This document shows, piece after piece, positions 9,460-19,099 of a stretch of DNA of 64,000 bases (its first letter is position 1; each line of letters starts with the position of its first letter). The notes under the pieces were generated by a model that was not told the DNA's origin, ran no database searches, and saw nothing but the letters and a program-made list of their open reading frames with translations. Position numbers and translations under genes: made by a program. Source of the DNA: Candidatus Kaiserbacteria bacterium RIFCSPHIGHO2_01_FULL_53_31. GTDB lineage: Bacteria > Patescibacteriota > Minisyncoccia > Phycocordibacterales > Phycocordibacteraceae. The DNA is taken from contig MFKU01000005.1 of NCBI GenBank assembly GCA_001781095.1, positions 3,651-67,650 of the forward strand. The letters are read 5' to 3'.

Positions 9460-10134
9460 ATGCGATTATTACTCGTTGAAGATGAAGATCGTCTCGCCGA
9501 CATCCTCGCTGAGGGTCTCCGGCACAAAGGCTACGCCGTCGATACCATAAATGATGGTACGAAAGCCTATACCCGCATTTCGCTGCATCGCAATGATTAC
9601 GATCTGGTAATCCTTGATCTTATGCTGCCCGGCATGAGCGGGCTCGATATCTGCCGTCAGATGCGCGCAGAAGGGATCACCATTCCGATACTCGTGCTTA
9701 CTGCGAGAAATGAAGAGGAGCAAAAAGTGAATCTCCTTCTTGCAGGTGCTGACGACTATCTGGTGAAGCCATTCTCGTTCGAGGAATTAGCGGCTCGCAT
9801 TCAGGCCATCCTTCGCCGACCTATTGAATCCGTATCGACCGTACTCCGCGTGCTCGACATCGAACTTGATCCGGCAGAACACACAGTGAACCGAGATGGC
9901 GTTCCGCTGACACTCACCCTGAAGGAATTTGGGTTGCTTGAGTATTTCTTACGGCACCCGAATGAGGTAATAAACCGCGAAGATCTCATAGTGCATCTCT
10001 GGGATTTCAATTACGAGTCCTTCAGCAATGTCGTCGATGTGCACATAAAAAATCTTCGACGAAAGCTCGATATGGGATCCAAGCCAAGCATTCTTGAGAC
10101 CGTTCGCGGCATCGGATACCGACTGCGCGCATAG
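9460..10134 (+). CDS. OmpR-family response regulator (receiver + winged-helix DNA-binding domain)
   Basis: LLVEDE...DLVILDLMLPGMSG...LTAR; C-terminal ...LTLKEFGLLEYF...VRGIGYRL. Confidence 0.9.
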   Translation: MRLLLVEDEDRLADILAEGLRHKGYAVDTINDGTKAYTRISLHRNDYDLVILDLMLPGMSGLDICRQMRAEGITIPILVLTARNEEEQKVNLLLAGADDYLVKPFSFEELAARIQAILRRPIESVSTVLRVLDIELDPAEHTVNRDGVPLTLTLKEFGLLEYFLRHPNEVINREDLIVHLWDFNYESFSNVVDVHIKNLRRKLDMGSKPSILETVRGIGYRLRA

Positions 10135-10144
10135 CTCTCCGATA

Positions 10145-12247
10145 CTACAGTTTCTGTGTAGCAGCGTGCGGTACCTTACGTAGCACCGCTTCGATATCTT
10201 TTAGTCCTGCCGGCTTCGTAATGTGGTAATGGAACCCCGCCTGTTTTGCTCTCTCCTTATCTTCTGCCTGTCCATAGCCTGTAAGCGCGATTAAATAGTA
10301 AGGTTTTTTCTGTTCCTGCAACAGCTTGGCGACTTCATATCCATCAATATCAGGCAGCCCGATGTCGAGCAGGATAACCTCTGGTTCAAATTGGAGCGCC
10401 TTATCAAGTGCCTCAGAACCGGTGAGTACATACTCGGTAACATGTCCTCGAAGTTCCAGAAGGCGTGCGAGCGCCTTCGTTGCTCCCTCATTATCGTCGA
10501 CAATAAGAATCTTTAACGCCCCCTTGACTCGTCGAGACGGGCGACTGCGACTACGCAGCACAACCGCGCGGTCGCGCGCTGGCGAATCCTGGCTAACAGG
10601 CGTTGCGGACAGCGGCAACCGCACAATAAACTCAGACCCGCTATTCGTGCCAGCGCTCGCGACTTCAATTGTACCGCCATGCATCTCGACGAGCTGTCGA
10701 GTGAGCGCGAGGCCAACGCCGAGTCCCTCACTGCCTAATTGGCCCTGATTAATCTGGAAGAATGGTTCAAAGATTCGCCGTAACATATTCCGTGGGATGC
10801 CCATGCCAGTGTCGCGAATATGAATGATCGCCATGTCATCTTCGTGTCCGGCGATAATCTCAATAAACCCCGGCGGCTTGGTATATTTTGCCGCGTTGGT
10901 GAGAAGATTTACGAATATCTGTTCGAGTCGAGTCGGATCTGCATTAAGGAATAGCTCTTGGTCTGGGCGGGTGACAGAAAACGTGTGTCCATACCTTCGC
11001 ATGAGCGGTTGAATCGTAAGCACGAGCGTATCGATAAACCGATCCACAAGCACGGTTTCCTTGCGCAATTTTAATTTCTTTTGCGAGATGCGGGAAATAT
11101 CGAGAAGATCATCCAACAAATGAACCATCGTCTTAGCGCGTTCATTTATCGTCTCAAGCAGTTGAGCTAAATTTTTTGGAAGAGAGAGGACTTCCATATG
11201 AATCAGTTCAATTGAACTCAGAATAGTCGCCAATGGATTGCGTAATTCATGCGCAAGAACCGCGAGGAATTCCTTCTTGGCTTCGTCCTCAGAGCTGATT
11301 TTATGAAGCGCTATTTCTAGTTCACGGACATGCTCACCCAATGTCTCGAGGGCAAGTCTGCGTTCTTCGACGATAGCCGCAATCACAAGGAATACGCCGC
11401 TTACAGTCGCCATAAATGCCTGCAAATAGAGCAAGCCGACATTTGCAAACGGACCGTGGCCAAGAAGTGTGCCTGAAAGTGCAATGCTCGATGCAATCAA
11501 TATGGAAAGCGCAATTCCGCGCGGGCCAGTACGCAATGCTGCCCACGTGAGTGGAATGAAGAGATAATCGTCGTAGAGCGGTTGCGTCCTCCAAAAGATA
11601 TGGAGTGATGCCAGCGAAACTGAGGCGACGACGAGAATAAGTTCGCCTTGCTGCAATGGTGTCCGCTCGAAGAATGGTCTGTTGAACCACGTCAGAATGA
11701 ACGGCGCGAAAACAAGAATGCCCATGGCATCTCCCACCCACCATATGCTCCATGTCTCCGTGCCGGTTCCTGGGAGGGTGGCGCCCGTTATCTGCAGACT
11801 CACTAGCGCAATCGTCGCGGTAACAATCGGCACGAGAAGTGCACTTGCCACGATGCCCATATTGTCGCGAATTCGAAAGATGGATGGATGGAAATCGCTA
11901 TATCGTTTTACCAAAAGTGCGCCTGCAAGAGGTCCAACGACATTCCCAAACGCGATACCAAGCGCAGCGACAAAAGGCATGCCCACAGACAGAAATACTA
12001 GAAACGTTGCGGTCGCAATTGCCGGCCACACGCGATGTCCGAACAAAAGAAATGATGCAAGCGCGATCCCGGAAGGCAGCCACAGAAGTGTCGGCAAGGC
12101 CGCGCCCGTCTGCGTACTTAAACCAAACCGCGCAATAATCAAATAGACAAAGAAAATGCTCAATAAAATACCGATCCGGTCAGTGAATTGAGTACCTGGT
12201 TCGTTAGTCATAAATCCGCCCGGAAGCAGCCGCTCACGGCCGGTCAT
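10145..12247 (-). CDS. hybrid sensor histidine kinase (polytopic membrane sensor + HisKA + HATPase_c + C-terminal receiver)
   Basis: More than 8 TM helices at the N-terminus; H-box LAHELRNPLATI; G-box region GMGIP...GLGVGL; C-terminal KILIVDDNE...LLDIGLPDIDG receiver. Confidence 0.85.
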   Translation of the reverse strand: MTGRERLLPGGFMTNEPGTQFTDRIGILLSIFFVYLIIARFGLSTQTGAALPTLLWLPSGIALASFLLFGHRVWPAIATATFLVFLSVGMPFVAALGIAFGNVVGPLAGALLVKRYSDFHPSIFRIRDNMGIVASALLVPIVTATIALVSLQITGATLPGTGTETWSIWWVGDAMGILVFAPFILTWFNRPFFERTPLQQGELILVVASVSLASLHIFWRTQPLYDDYLFIPLTWAALRTGPRGIALSILIASSIALSGTLLGHGPFANVGLLYLQAFMATVSGVFLVIAAIVEERRLALETLGEHVRELEIALHKISSEDEAKKEFLAVLAHELRNPLATILSSIELIHMEVLSLPKNLAQLLETINERAKTMVHLLDDLLDISRISQKKLKLRKETVLVDRFIDTLVLTIQPLMRRYGHTFSVTRPDQELFLNADPTRLEQIFVNLLTNAAKYTKPPGFIEIIAGHEDDMAIIHIRDTGMGIPRNMLRRIFEPFFQINQGQLGSEGLGVGLALTRQLVEMHGGTIEVASAGTNSGSEFIVRLPLSATPVSQDSPARDRAVVLRSRSRPSRRVKGALKILIVDDNEGATKALARLLELRGHVTEYVLTGSEALDKALQFEPEVILLDIGLPDIDGYEVAKLLQEQKKPYYLIALTGYGQAEDKERAKQAGFHYHITKPAGLKDIEAVLRKVPHAATQKL

Positions 12248-12326
12248 AACTATATAGCATCAAATCATAATTGTATTGTCTGCATGGAGAAATCATGAAG
12301 ACGTATTCTCGAACCCCCCTAGCCGT

Positions 12327-12878
12327 CTACTGTAGATTCTCTTTGAGGCATGAGAGCACTGTGCTTGCGTCTGAGACCTCGAACGGGTCGTCGGGGCAAT
12401 TATCGGAAAAGCCCAGTTCGACAAAGAGTTTCTTAATAACACTATCATCCACGTACATGGCGTAGCGCCAGGAGCGTTGGCCAAAACCGAGATTCTCTTT
12501 TTTCACTAGCATTCCCATGGCTTTAGTGAAGTGGCCATTACCATCGGGGAGCATTTTCACTTTTTTCACGCCCTGCTTATCAGCCCACTGCTTCATCACA
12601 TAGGCGTCGTTCACCGCAATGCAATATATATCATCGATGCCGAGCGATTTGAAGTCGTCATATACCGCTTCATAGCCGGGGAGATGTGTTGACGAACAGG
12701 TAGGCGTAAATGCTCCGGGCAAGCTAAATGCTACGATCTTTCTGCCCGCGAAGATTTCCGATGTTGTAACATCCTGCCAGCGGTAGGGATTCTCACCTCC
12801 GACCGATTCGTCGCGAACGCGCGTTTTGAATACGATGTCTGGCACTCGGTCGCCCTCGTGCAATGGTTCATGTGTCAT
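12327..12878 (-). CDS. peroxiredoxin (Prx5-like, AhpC/TSA family)
   Basis: FSLPGAFTPTCSSTHLPGY peroxidatic-Cys motif. Confidence 0.85.
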   Translation of the reverse strand: MTHEPLHEGDRVPDIVFKTRVRDESVGGENPYRWQDVTTSEIFAGRKIVAFSLPGAFTPTCSSTHLPGYEAVYDDFKSLGIDDIYCIAVNDAYVMKQWADKQGVKKVKMLPDGNGHFTKAMGMLVKKENLGFGQRSWRYAMYVDDSVIKKLFVELGFSDNCPDDPFEVSDASTVLSCLKENLQ

Positions 12879-12943
12879 GGGTGTATAGATAAAACGCTGA
12901 TGCTAATAAACTGTGTTCAGTATAACAAATTGGCCTTCCGCCG

Positions 12944-13825
12944 TTAATCAAATAGAGAAATGAGGTAGTTGTCTATAGCGCGCTGGTCCAGCGTGTAGAA
13001 ATATTTCCCTGATCGGTGGAGATCGGTAGCAAGCTTGACACCCACGAAGCGCCAGTGCCACGGCTCGAATACGTAATAGCCATTATTTTTAGGATACGAG
13101 AGAACGAATCCGTAACGATAAGCGTTATCGCTAACCCATGTATAAGCCGCCGTACGATCGAATCCGTCGAGTGCGCCGCCCGTGCCGGTAGTCATGAGAT
13201 CTACGGTAGTGCCGAGCTGATGTTCGGAGTACCCCTGGTCCGCAGAAAATTGATTTGCCGTGCCCGCGCCATAGGTGACGGCATATTGTCCCTTTAGAGC
13301 TTCCTGGGTCGCAAACGATCGATATGCGGAATCTACATAGAGTTCCACACCGTCATCCTTAGCTCGGTCCAACATCTTTTTTAAATAGGGAAGAACTTCA
13401 GGAATAATCTGCAGAAGTTTCTTCTCGGTGTAGCGGAATTCGACGGGAATCTCGACAAGTCGGGCCGGGGCATAATTATCGCTAAGGAAAAACACTTTGG
13501 AGTATTTTGCTAATAGTTCGGGATCGGTCTTGCTCAACTTTTGCAGGTCCGTCACCGTACCAGTAATTGAGCCAACCTGTTCTTGGACACCGCCAAGCTG
13601 TGTTTGTACATTTTGGTTCTGTCGCTCGATCGCTGATCCGAGAGAAGAGGTTGCTTCGGCGATATTGCCCTGAAGAAGCGCCGTCGTTGAGGCGAGCTCT
13701 GCGTCAAGCTCTACAAGCTGCGATGAAAGAGAATTGAGACGAGTGTAGCCATACCACGACGCAACAGCGATGAGCGCGATAACGACGATGAATCCCGCAG
13801 TCGTGAGCTCCATGCCAAGGATCAT
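12944..13825 (-). CDS. membrane-anchored M15 peptidase (VanY-like D-Ala-D-Ala carboxypeptidase) with a coiled-coil linker
   Basis: SEHQLGTTVDL and EPWHWRFVG M15B motifs; TM helix; start set at the internal Met (MILGMELTT). The ORF-track Met at 13915 would leave only 14 bp to the divergent gene. Confidence 0.75.
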   Translation of the reverse strand: MILGMELTTAGFIVVIALIAVASWYGYTRLNSLSSQLVELDAELASTTALLQGNIAEATSSLGSAIERQNQNVQTQLGGVQEQVGSITGTVTDLQKLSKTDPELLAKYSKVFFLSDNYAPARLVEIPVEFRYTEKKLLQIIPEVLPYLKKMLDRAKDDGVELYVDSAYRSFATQEALKGQYAVTYGAGTANQFSADQGYSEHQLGTTVDLMTTGTGGALDGFDRTAAYTWVSDNAYRYGFVLSYPKNNGYYVFEPWHWRFVGVKLATDLHRSGKYFYTLDQRAIDNYLISLFD

Positions 13826-13928
13826 GTTTCGTGTGAATTTCCCGCCCGGCGATTGCATTCGACCAGTATACTCTGACCGATACGTTATGCACCAATGTGG
13901 TATTCTTGTATGCATATTCGTAACTCGT

Positions 13929-14417
13929 ATGAATATGGATACTAAGACAAGCGTCGGCGTTGCTGCTGCAATAATTATCGTAGGCGCTGGCGCGTATTAT
14001 ATGCTCGGACGCACCGCTCAGGCTCCGGTGAGTCAAGGTACCGAGTCTTCTCTCGGTGCGCTCTTGGCGGCAGGAGTAGCGCAAAAATGCACATTTTCGG
14101 ACGAGCAATCGTTGTCGTCCGGAACGGTGTATATCGCGAATGGAAAGGTACGCGGCGATTTCGCCGCTGATGCAAATGGAGAGAACATGCAGGTGCACAT
14201 GATTGGCGATGGCATCACCATGCACACATGGGTCGAAGGCATGTCGAGCGGCTTTAGGACTATGATGAATGCTAGAGCGTCGTCCGGATCGCCCGCGCAG
14301 AGCTTCGACACGAATAAGCAGATGAACTACAACTGTTCTCCGTGGAGCACAGACAATGCACTATTCGTATTGCCCTCGGGGGTCATCTTCAGTGAGACAG
14401 GCATACCTGCGCTCTAG
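13929..14417 (+). CDS. hypothetical secreted/membrane-anchored protein
   Basis: Start at MNMDTKTSVGVAAAIIIVGAGAYY (signal/TM); no known motif. Confidence 0.5.
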   Translation: MNMDTKTSVGVAAAIIIVGAGAYYMLGRTAQAPVSQGTESSLGALLAAGVAQKCTFSDEQSLSSGTVYIANGKVRGDFAADANGENMQVHMIGDGITMHTWVEGMSSGFRTMMNARASSGSPAQSFDTNKQMNYNCSPWSTDNALFVLPSGVIFSETGIPAL

Positions 14418-14598
14418 ACCATTTTCCTCTCGTTCATTTCTCAATGCTGTTACATCTCCGGCATCGGCAGTATATGGCGTACCGTGCAAAATTACCCTAT
14501 TGAAAATTCATCGTATCTTTTTGTGCCTTGGGTAATGATTATCATGGTCGATTGCGAGTTGGTTCAGAAAATTAACAGAAATAATATGCATAAACTAT

Positions 14599-14781
14599 AT
14601 GTGGCAGAATTATGTAAATGCGTTGCTCGGACTCGCCGTGATTGTCGTGGCGTTCCTTGGACTCGAGGGTGTGACGCTTAGCTGGACGCTCGGTATCCTT
14701 GGTGCGGCCGTTCTCATTCTCGGTCTCTGGAGTGCAACGCGAACGTCGTCAATAACCGAGTTGGAGCAACGGCACGCCTAA
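14599..14781 (+). CDS. possible small 2-TM membrane protein
   Basis: 60 aa with two hydrophobic helices; no SD; weak support. Confidence 0.35.
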   Translation: MWQNYVNALLGLAVIVVAFLGLEGVTLSWTLGILGAAVLILGLWSATRTSSITELEQRHA

Positions 14782-15010
14782 ACGAATGGTGTAGCAGCAC
14801 GGGAGGAAGGATCGTGAAATAGGAAAAGGGTAAAGTGGAGAGTGGTGGCCTAATCGTAAAGCGTCTTTTGATGAGCAGGAATAGTGACGCCGGCGTGTTT
14901 GTGTCTACCCTACGCTATATGATGTTTCTCATATACTGGTGATATCGGCACACCCGACTGTACGCTCTGTTACACTACGTACCAGTTACCATTAATATTA
15001 TAAGCTTTAC

Positions 15011-15376
15011 ATGACTTCTGATAAGAAAATCGAATGGCTGTTGCGTGTCGGTGTCGCGGGGGAATTTGCAGGACACGGGCTTCTCGCGATACAGGGAAAG
15101 AAAGATTGGATAGGATGGATAAGCCAAATGACTTCTGCCGATGCGTCCACGGCCACGACGTTGCTTCTTCTCGTCGGCATTGTCGATGTCGTACTCGCAC
15201 TCATAGTCCTCGTGCGACCCATTCCCGTCTTGTTGCTCTGGATGGCTTTCTGGGGCTTCTGGACTGCCCTTGTCAGGCCGCTCGTTGGGGCTGGGTGGCT
15301 AGACTTCGTCGAACGTTCTGCCAATTGGGCGGCGCCACTCGCTCTCTACTACGTCTACAAGTCGAGAGCACGATAG
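15011..15376 (+). CDS. hypothetical polytopic membrane protein
   Basis: 3-4 predicted TM helices; overlapping ORFs in other frames look like GC-driven artefacts. Confidence 0.5.
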   Translation: MTSDKKIEWLLRVGVAGEFAGHGLLAIQGKKDWIGWISQMTSADASTATTLLLLVGIVDVVLALIVLVRPIPVLLLWMAFWGFWTALVRPLVGAGWLDFVERSANWAAPLALYYVYKSRAR

Positions 15377-15393
15377 GGCGCGCGTCGCGGCCA

Positions 15394-15849
15394 TCATTGC
15401 ACGACGACCGTGCCAACATCGGTCGGGTTGCCGTGATTGTGATAGCCCCATGTTCCGGCTTTTTGGAATGTGAATGAATAGGTCGCGCCGATTCCGCATT
15501 GATCGAATGCGGTCCGCGTGGTATCCGGGCAATGCTGTGCGCGGGTGGTCCCGCTGTAGCCTTCATGCGTAGGGTGTGGAGCAGAAGCTACCCACATCCC
15601 ATCCCCGCCTTGATTTACGAATGTTACGGTGCCTCCTTTTACGATAGTGACTGTCGAGGGAGAGAATCCATTCGGTCCATAGGTTACCTGCGCGTTCGTT
15701 GGTTTTGTATTATTAGTCGCTGGAGAATTAATGATGCCCATATTCTGGACGTCGGCAGCCGGCGTTGAGAAGCTCCCGTCATACACGTACCAGCCAAATG
15801 CTACGACGATAACAATGATTATGGCCCAGATGATCGTTGCTGTTTTCAT
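15394..15849 (-). CDS. secreted cupredoxin-like domain protein (canonical Cu ligands not all present)
   Basis: N-terminal TM/signal; GTVTFVN...G..Y.YHNHG block resembles the plastocyanin-like fold but lacks the Cys/Met ligand set. Confidence 0.45.
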   Translation of the reverse strand: MKTATIIWAIIIVIVVAFGWYVYDGSFSTPAADVQNMGIINSPATNNTKPTNAQVTYGPNGFSPSTVTIVKGGTVTFVNQGGDGMWVASAPHPTHEGYSGTTRAQHCPDTTRTAFDQCGIGATYSFTFQKAGTWGYHNHGNPTDVGTVVVQ

Positions 15850-15977
15850 GTCTGTAACGCTAGACTGCGCAGGGTGAAGTTTCCGTGAGGGTTCCCTTGC
15901 CTAGATCAAGGTGCTATACCTACTAATGGACGAGAGGTAGTTGGCATGAGAGAGTCTAGCGACAAGGGAGGTGACCT

Positions 15978-16166
15978 ATGGCAGTCAAGTGTCCTCATTG
16001 TGGATATGAAAGTAAGCATCATATTCTCATGGATCCGTCACACAACGTGATGCAGTGCGTAGTTTGCACACATCCTTTCAGAAAGGGGGAGAAGAAAAAT
16101 GTCGCGACGATGCTTGAAACACTGGATAGTTATCCTGTTGCCGGTTGCGGTCACAGTGACCGCTAA
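15978..16166 (+). CDS. small zinc-ribbon protein (CxxC...CxxC)
   Basis: Strong SD GGGAGGTGA 5 nt before the ATG; CPHC...CVVC. Confidence 0.55.
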   Translation: MAVKCPHCGYESKHHILMDPSHNVMQCVVCTHPFRKGEKKNVATMLETLDSYPVAGCGHSDR

Positions 16167-16329
16167 CCTTCCGGACTCATTTCGCAGACAATGTCCTAAC
16201 CCGATCTTTCTTCGTGCGAAGATTGTCGGCGGGCAAGTCGTTGTCGAGTTTTTGTGCGATAAGAAGAGTGAGGGCGATGATCAACGCAACATGGAAACAC
16301 GGCCGATCAGCACTTCTCAGGTTCGGTGA
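16099..16329 (+). CDS. possible small membrane protein overlapping the previous ORF out of frame
   Basis: GGGGGAG SD 8 nt upstream; one TM helix; overlap makes it uncertain. Confidence 0.3.
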   Translation: MSRRCLKHWIVILLPVAVTVTANLPDSFRRQCPNPIFLRAKIVGGQVVVEFLCDKKSEGDDQRNMETRPISTSQVR

Positions 16330-16349
16330 CGCGGTACCTTCTGTTCCTT

Positions 16350-16385
16350 AAAAGTCGCACCCGCGTGCGGCTTTTAAGTTTTCCA
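16350..16385 (+). terminator. rho-independent terminator (AAAAGTCGCAC-ccgc-GTGCGGCTTTT + T-run)
   Basis: Hairpin followed by TTTTAAGTTTTCC, placed between the small ORFs and the lexA promoter. Confidence 0.5.
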
Positions 16386-16395
16386 CCGCTTCACC

Positions 16396-16425
16396 TTGTC
16401 TTTAGAACGTTCGTTCTAGTATACT
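16396..16425 (+). promoter_or_regulatory. lexA promoter with embedded LexA (Cheo-type) operator AGAACGTTCGTTCT
   Basis: TTGTCT (-35) - 18 nt - TATACT (-10); the GAAC-N4-GTTC palindrome at 16404-16417 sits in the spacer; the start codon lies 1-7 nt after the -10 (possibly leaderless). Confidence 0.55.
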
Positions 16426-16995
16426 GTGGCTATGCAAAGACCTGAGGAAAAGATTGCATCCTTTTATCATAAGCGTCATCGGATGCCTTCGTACAGCGAG
16501 CTCGCTACCCTGCTCGGCTATAAGAGTAAAGGCGCCGTCGCATACGTTGTTGAACGCCTGATCAGTGAAGGAGTGTTGCAGAAGGATCGTACGGGCCGTC
16601 TTCTCCCGGGCTCTCTCGCGGAAGGTGTACGAATGTTGGGGTTAGTCGAAGCGGGGTTCCCCTCGGCCGCAGAGGAGGAGTTGCTCGATGTCATGGACTT
16701 CGACGAGTATCTCACTCCCAACAAAGAGTCGAGTTATGTGTTGAAGGTAAAAGGCGATTCGATGATCGATGCGGGGATTCAGGAAGGCGATATGGTGATA
16801 GTCGAACGTCGGCAGACCTACAAGCCCGGACAGATAGTGATTGCATCGGTCGACGGCGAATACACCATAAAATACCTGCGAAAGGAGCGCGAGCTGTACT
16901 ATCTCGAGCCGGCCAATGTGAAATATAAGTCAATCTATCCGAAAGACCGCCTCACCATCGAAGCGGTTGTAACGGCAGTCGTGCGTAAGTATTGA
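16426..16995 (+). CDS. lexA: LexA repressor (winged-helix + S24 peptidase)
   Basis: ...VKGDSMIDAGIQEGDMVIV...KPGQIVIA...; GTG 16426 or ATG 16432 as start. Confidence 0.9.
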   Translation: MAMQRPEEKIASFYHKRHRMPSYSELATLLGYKSKGAVAYVVERLISEGVLQKDRTGRLLPGSLAEGVRMLGLVEAGFPSAAEEELLDVMDFDEYLTPNKESSYVLKVKGDSMIDAGIQEGDMVIVERRQTYKPGQIVIASVDGEYTIKYLRKERELYYLEPANVKYKSIYPKDRLTIEAVVTAVVRKY

Positions 16996-16996
16996 T

Positions 16997-18304
16997 ATGG
17001 CATGGGGGTCTTCTTCGTCGTTCCCGCGCGCTATTCTCCACATCGACGGAGACGCGTTCTTCGCCGCCTGTGAAGTGGCCAAGGATCCGAGCCTGCGCGG
17101 CAAGCCCGTTATCACGGGCAAGGAACGCGGCATCGTCTCGGCCGCTACGTATGAGGCGAAGGCCTGCGGTATTAAACGCGGTATGATCCTTTCCGAGGTC
17201 AAAAGGATTTGCCCCGAAGCGGTTATTCTACCGTCCGACTACGAGACCTATAGTCTTTTCTCCGAGCGTATGTACGCCGTCGTGAGGCGCTATACACCGG
17301 CGGTCGAGGAGTACAGCATTGATGAATGCTTCGCCGATCTCACGGGCCTGCGCCGCTCGCTCCATATGTCATACCCGCAGATAGCGAAAAAGATTAAACA
17401 ACAGCTCGATCACGAGCTCGGCATGACCTTCTCTATCGGGGTATCAGTGACCAAGACTCTCGCAAAAATTGGCTCTAAATGGAAGAAACCTTCAGGACTG
17501 ACCATCATTTCGCTCCGCGATGCGCCCCAATATCTGAAGATTATCCCCACGGGCGCTGTCTGGGGTATTGGTCCGCAAACATCCGCCTTTCTGCAAAAGT
17601 TTGGCATCACAACGGCACTTGATTTCGCGTGCAGAGATAAATCCTGGATACAAGCGCATGTGTCGAAACCATTTTACGAAACATGGCAGGAATTAAACGG
17701 AGTGATGGTGAATGAGCTTAACCTCACCGGGCGAGAGACGTACCAGTCGATAAGTAAGACCAAGACCTTCACACCGCCCTCAACTGACTCGGCGTTCGTA
17801 TATGCGCAGCTCTCAAAGAATGTTGAAAATGCCTGTATCAAAGCGCGACGGTGGAAGCTCTCAACGCCGCTCGTCTTCTTCTTCCTAAAGACGCAAGATT
17901 TTCATTACCACGGCTATGAAGTCTCGTTGCCGTTCCCAACCTCGAACCCGCTCGATATACTGCGAGAAATAAACATCTATTTCCCCCGTGTATTTAAAAA
18001 GAGCGCTCGATACCGAGCGACCGGCGTCACGCTTATTAACCTTACTGAAGAGGGAACCCTACAGCTCGATCTCTTCGGCGCTGTCAGGGAGTCGGAGGGA
18101 GTTAAACAAGTGTTCGAGAGTACTGATAAGCTCGCAGAACGGTACGGCAAGCACGTCGTCTTTCTCGGTTCAAGCTTCGAAGCTATGGGCAACGCGGCGC
18201 ATCTCGGAGAACGCGGAGATGTTGCCGCGCGCGCGTCAAACTTATTTAAGGGAGAAACAAAGCGCCGGCGGTTAGCGATACCGATGCTTGGCAGCGTACA
18301 ATAA
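16997..18304 (+). CDS. Y-family DNA polymerase (UmuC/DinB-like translesion polymerase)
   Basis: ILHIDGDAFFAACE and SIDECFADLTG catalytic acidic motifs; start 1 nt after the lexA stop. Confidence 0.85.
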   Translation: MAWGSSSSFPRAILHIDGDAFFAACEVAKDPSLRGKPVITGKERGIVSAATYEAKACGIKRGMILSEVKRICPEAVILPSDYETYSLFSERMYAVVRRYTPAVEEYSIDECFADLTGLRRSLHMSYPQIAKKIKQQLDHELGMTFSIGVSVTKTLAKIGSKWKKPSGLTIISLRDAPQYLKIIPTGAVWGIGPQTSAFLQKFGITTALDFACRDKSWIQAHVSKPFYETWQELNGVMVNELNLTGRETYQSISKTKTFTPPSTDSAFVYAQLSKNVENACIKARRWKLSTPLVFFFLKTQDFHYHGYEVSLPFPTSNPLDILREINIYFPRVFKKSARYRATGVTLINLTEEGTLQLDLFGAVRESEGVKQVFESTDKLAERYGKHVVFLGSSFEAMGNAAHLGERGDVAARASNLFKGETKRRRLAIPMLGSVQ

Positions 18305-18316
18305 AATTACGCCCTA

Positions 18317-18562
18317 TTACACTGGACGCGAGCGCAGCCAGTCCATGACCTTTTTACGATGCAGATCAAGCGACCATACGTTGTCAGATTTGAACAGCGT
18401 GCTGTGAGCGGTTCTGAATTCACCGAGGAGAGCGGCTGATACGCGCGGGAATGCGATAGGGAGATTCTCATTGTAGAGCTTCATAAAATCCAGTAGGGAA
18501 TGTGACGCTTCACTCCTCTCCTTATCAAGATCGCGCGTTCTCATATTCCAAATATACCACAT
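18317..18562 (-). CDS. hypothetical protein
   Basis: 81-aa ORF convergent on the polymerase gene; no motif. Confidence 0.4.
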   Translation of the reverse strand: MWYIWNMRTRDLDKERSEASHSLLDFMKLYNENLPIAFPRVSAALLGEFRTAHSTLFKSDNVWSLDLHRKKVMDWLRSRPV

Positions 18563-18602
18563 TACTACTGAATTGAACAGTATACCGAGCGATCAAATAA
18601 CC

Positions 18603-18635
18603 GCCCTGAGCAGAGACGGCTCTGTCAGGGCGGCG
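18603..18635 (-). terminator. palindromic terminator hairpin (CCGCCCTGAGCAGAG-acgg-CTCTGTCAGGGCGG) + T-rich tail on the minus strand; repeated-family member
   Basis: 14-bp stem seen directly; follows the minus-strand gene ending at 18660. Confidence 0.45.
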
Positions 18636-18659
18636 GGAAGTTCGATAGGTTACCGGTCA

Positions 18660-18941
18660 TCATTGCGGGGGCTCTTTTCTGAATGCCTCCGCAATGAGGA
18701 AATCGGCAGCCTTACGAATTGCCATCGCTTCAATCTCGCTCCATGGAGCGGAAGCCGCGTACACCACGCACGCCTGGCCGATATTTGTTGATCCAAGCAG
18801 GAGAGTTCTGAGGCGCTCAAGGTGAGGAATCTGCACCAAGCCCAGGGCATCCAGGATATTTTCTGGATTTATGCCGGTACGCTTTGACAGCTCATCAGCT
18901 ACAGCTTTCGTATACTTACCATTTGGCCCCATCATCATCAC
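18660..18941 (-). CDS. hypothetical protein
   Basis: GGAGG SD before an MMMM start; 93 aa; no motif. Confidence 0.5.
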   Translation of the reverse strand: MMMMGPNGKYTKAVADELSKRTGINPENILDALGLVQIPHLERLRTLLLGSTNIGQACVVYAASAPWSEIEAMAIRKAADFLIAEAFRKEPPQ

Positions 18942-19099
18942 CTCCGCTAGCAGAGTAACTTTTGCAAGACTATTGTCAATTTAAGTTACTGCGCAGACGT
19001 TCACTTCTCTGGTGGTTTGCTATTCGAAAACATTTTGGTATAGTGCCTCGAGGGCGTTCCTCGAAGACCGTAACGACAGGATAGGAAGGGAGGATTTCG

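Noticed and set aside
15007-15477. Overlapping ORFs 15034..15477(+) and 15007..15324(-)
   Set aside because: Arg/Cys-rich alternative frames of the membrane-protein gene 15011..15376.
16990-16996. Alternative genetic code (UGA recoding)
   Set aside because: lexA and other well-conserved genes terminate at TGA at the expected C-termini, so the standard code applies.
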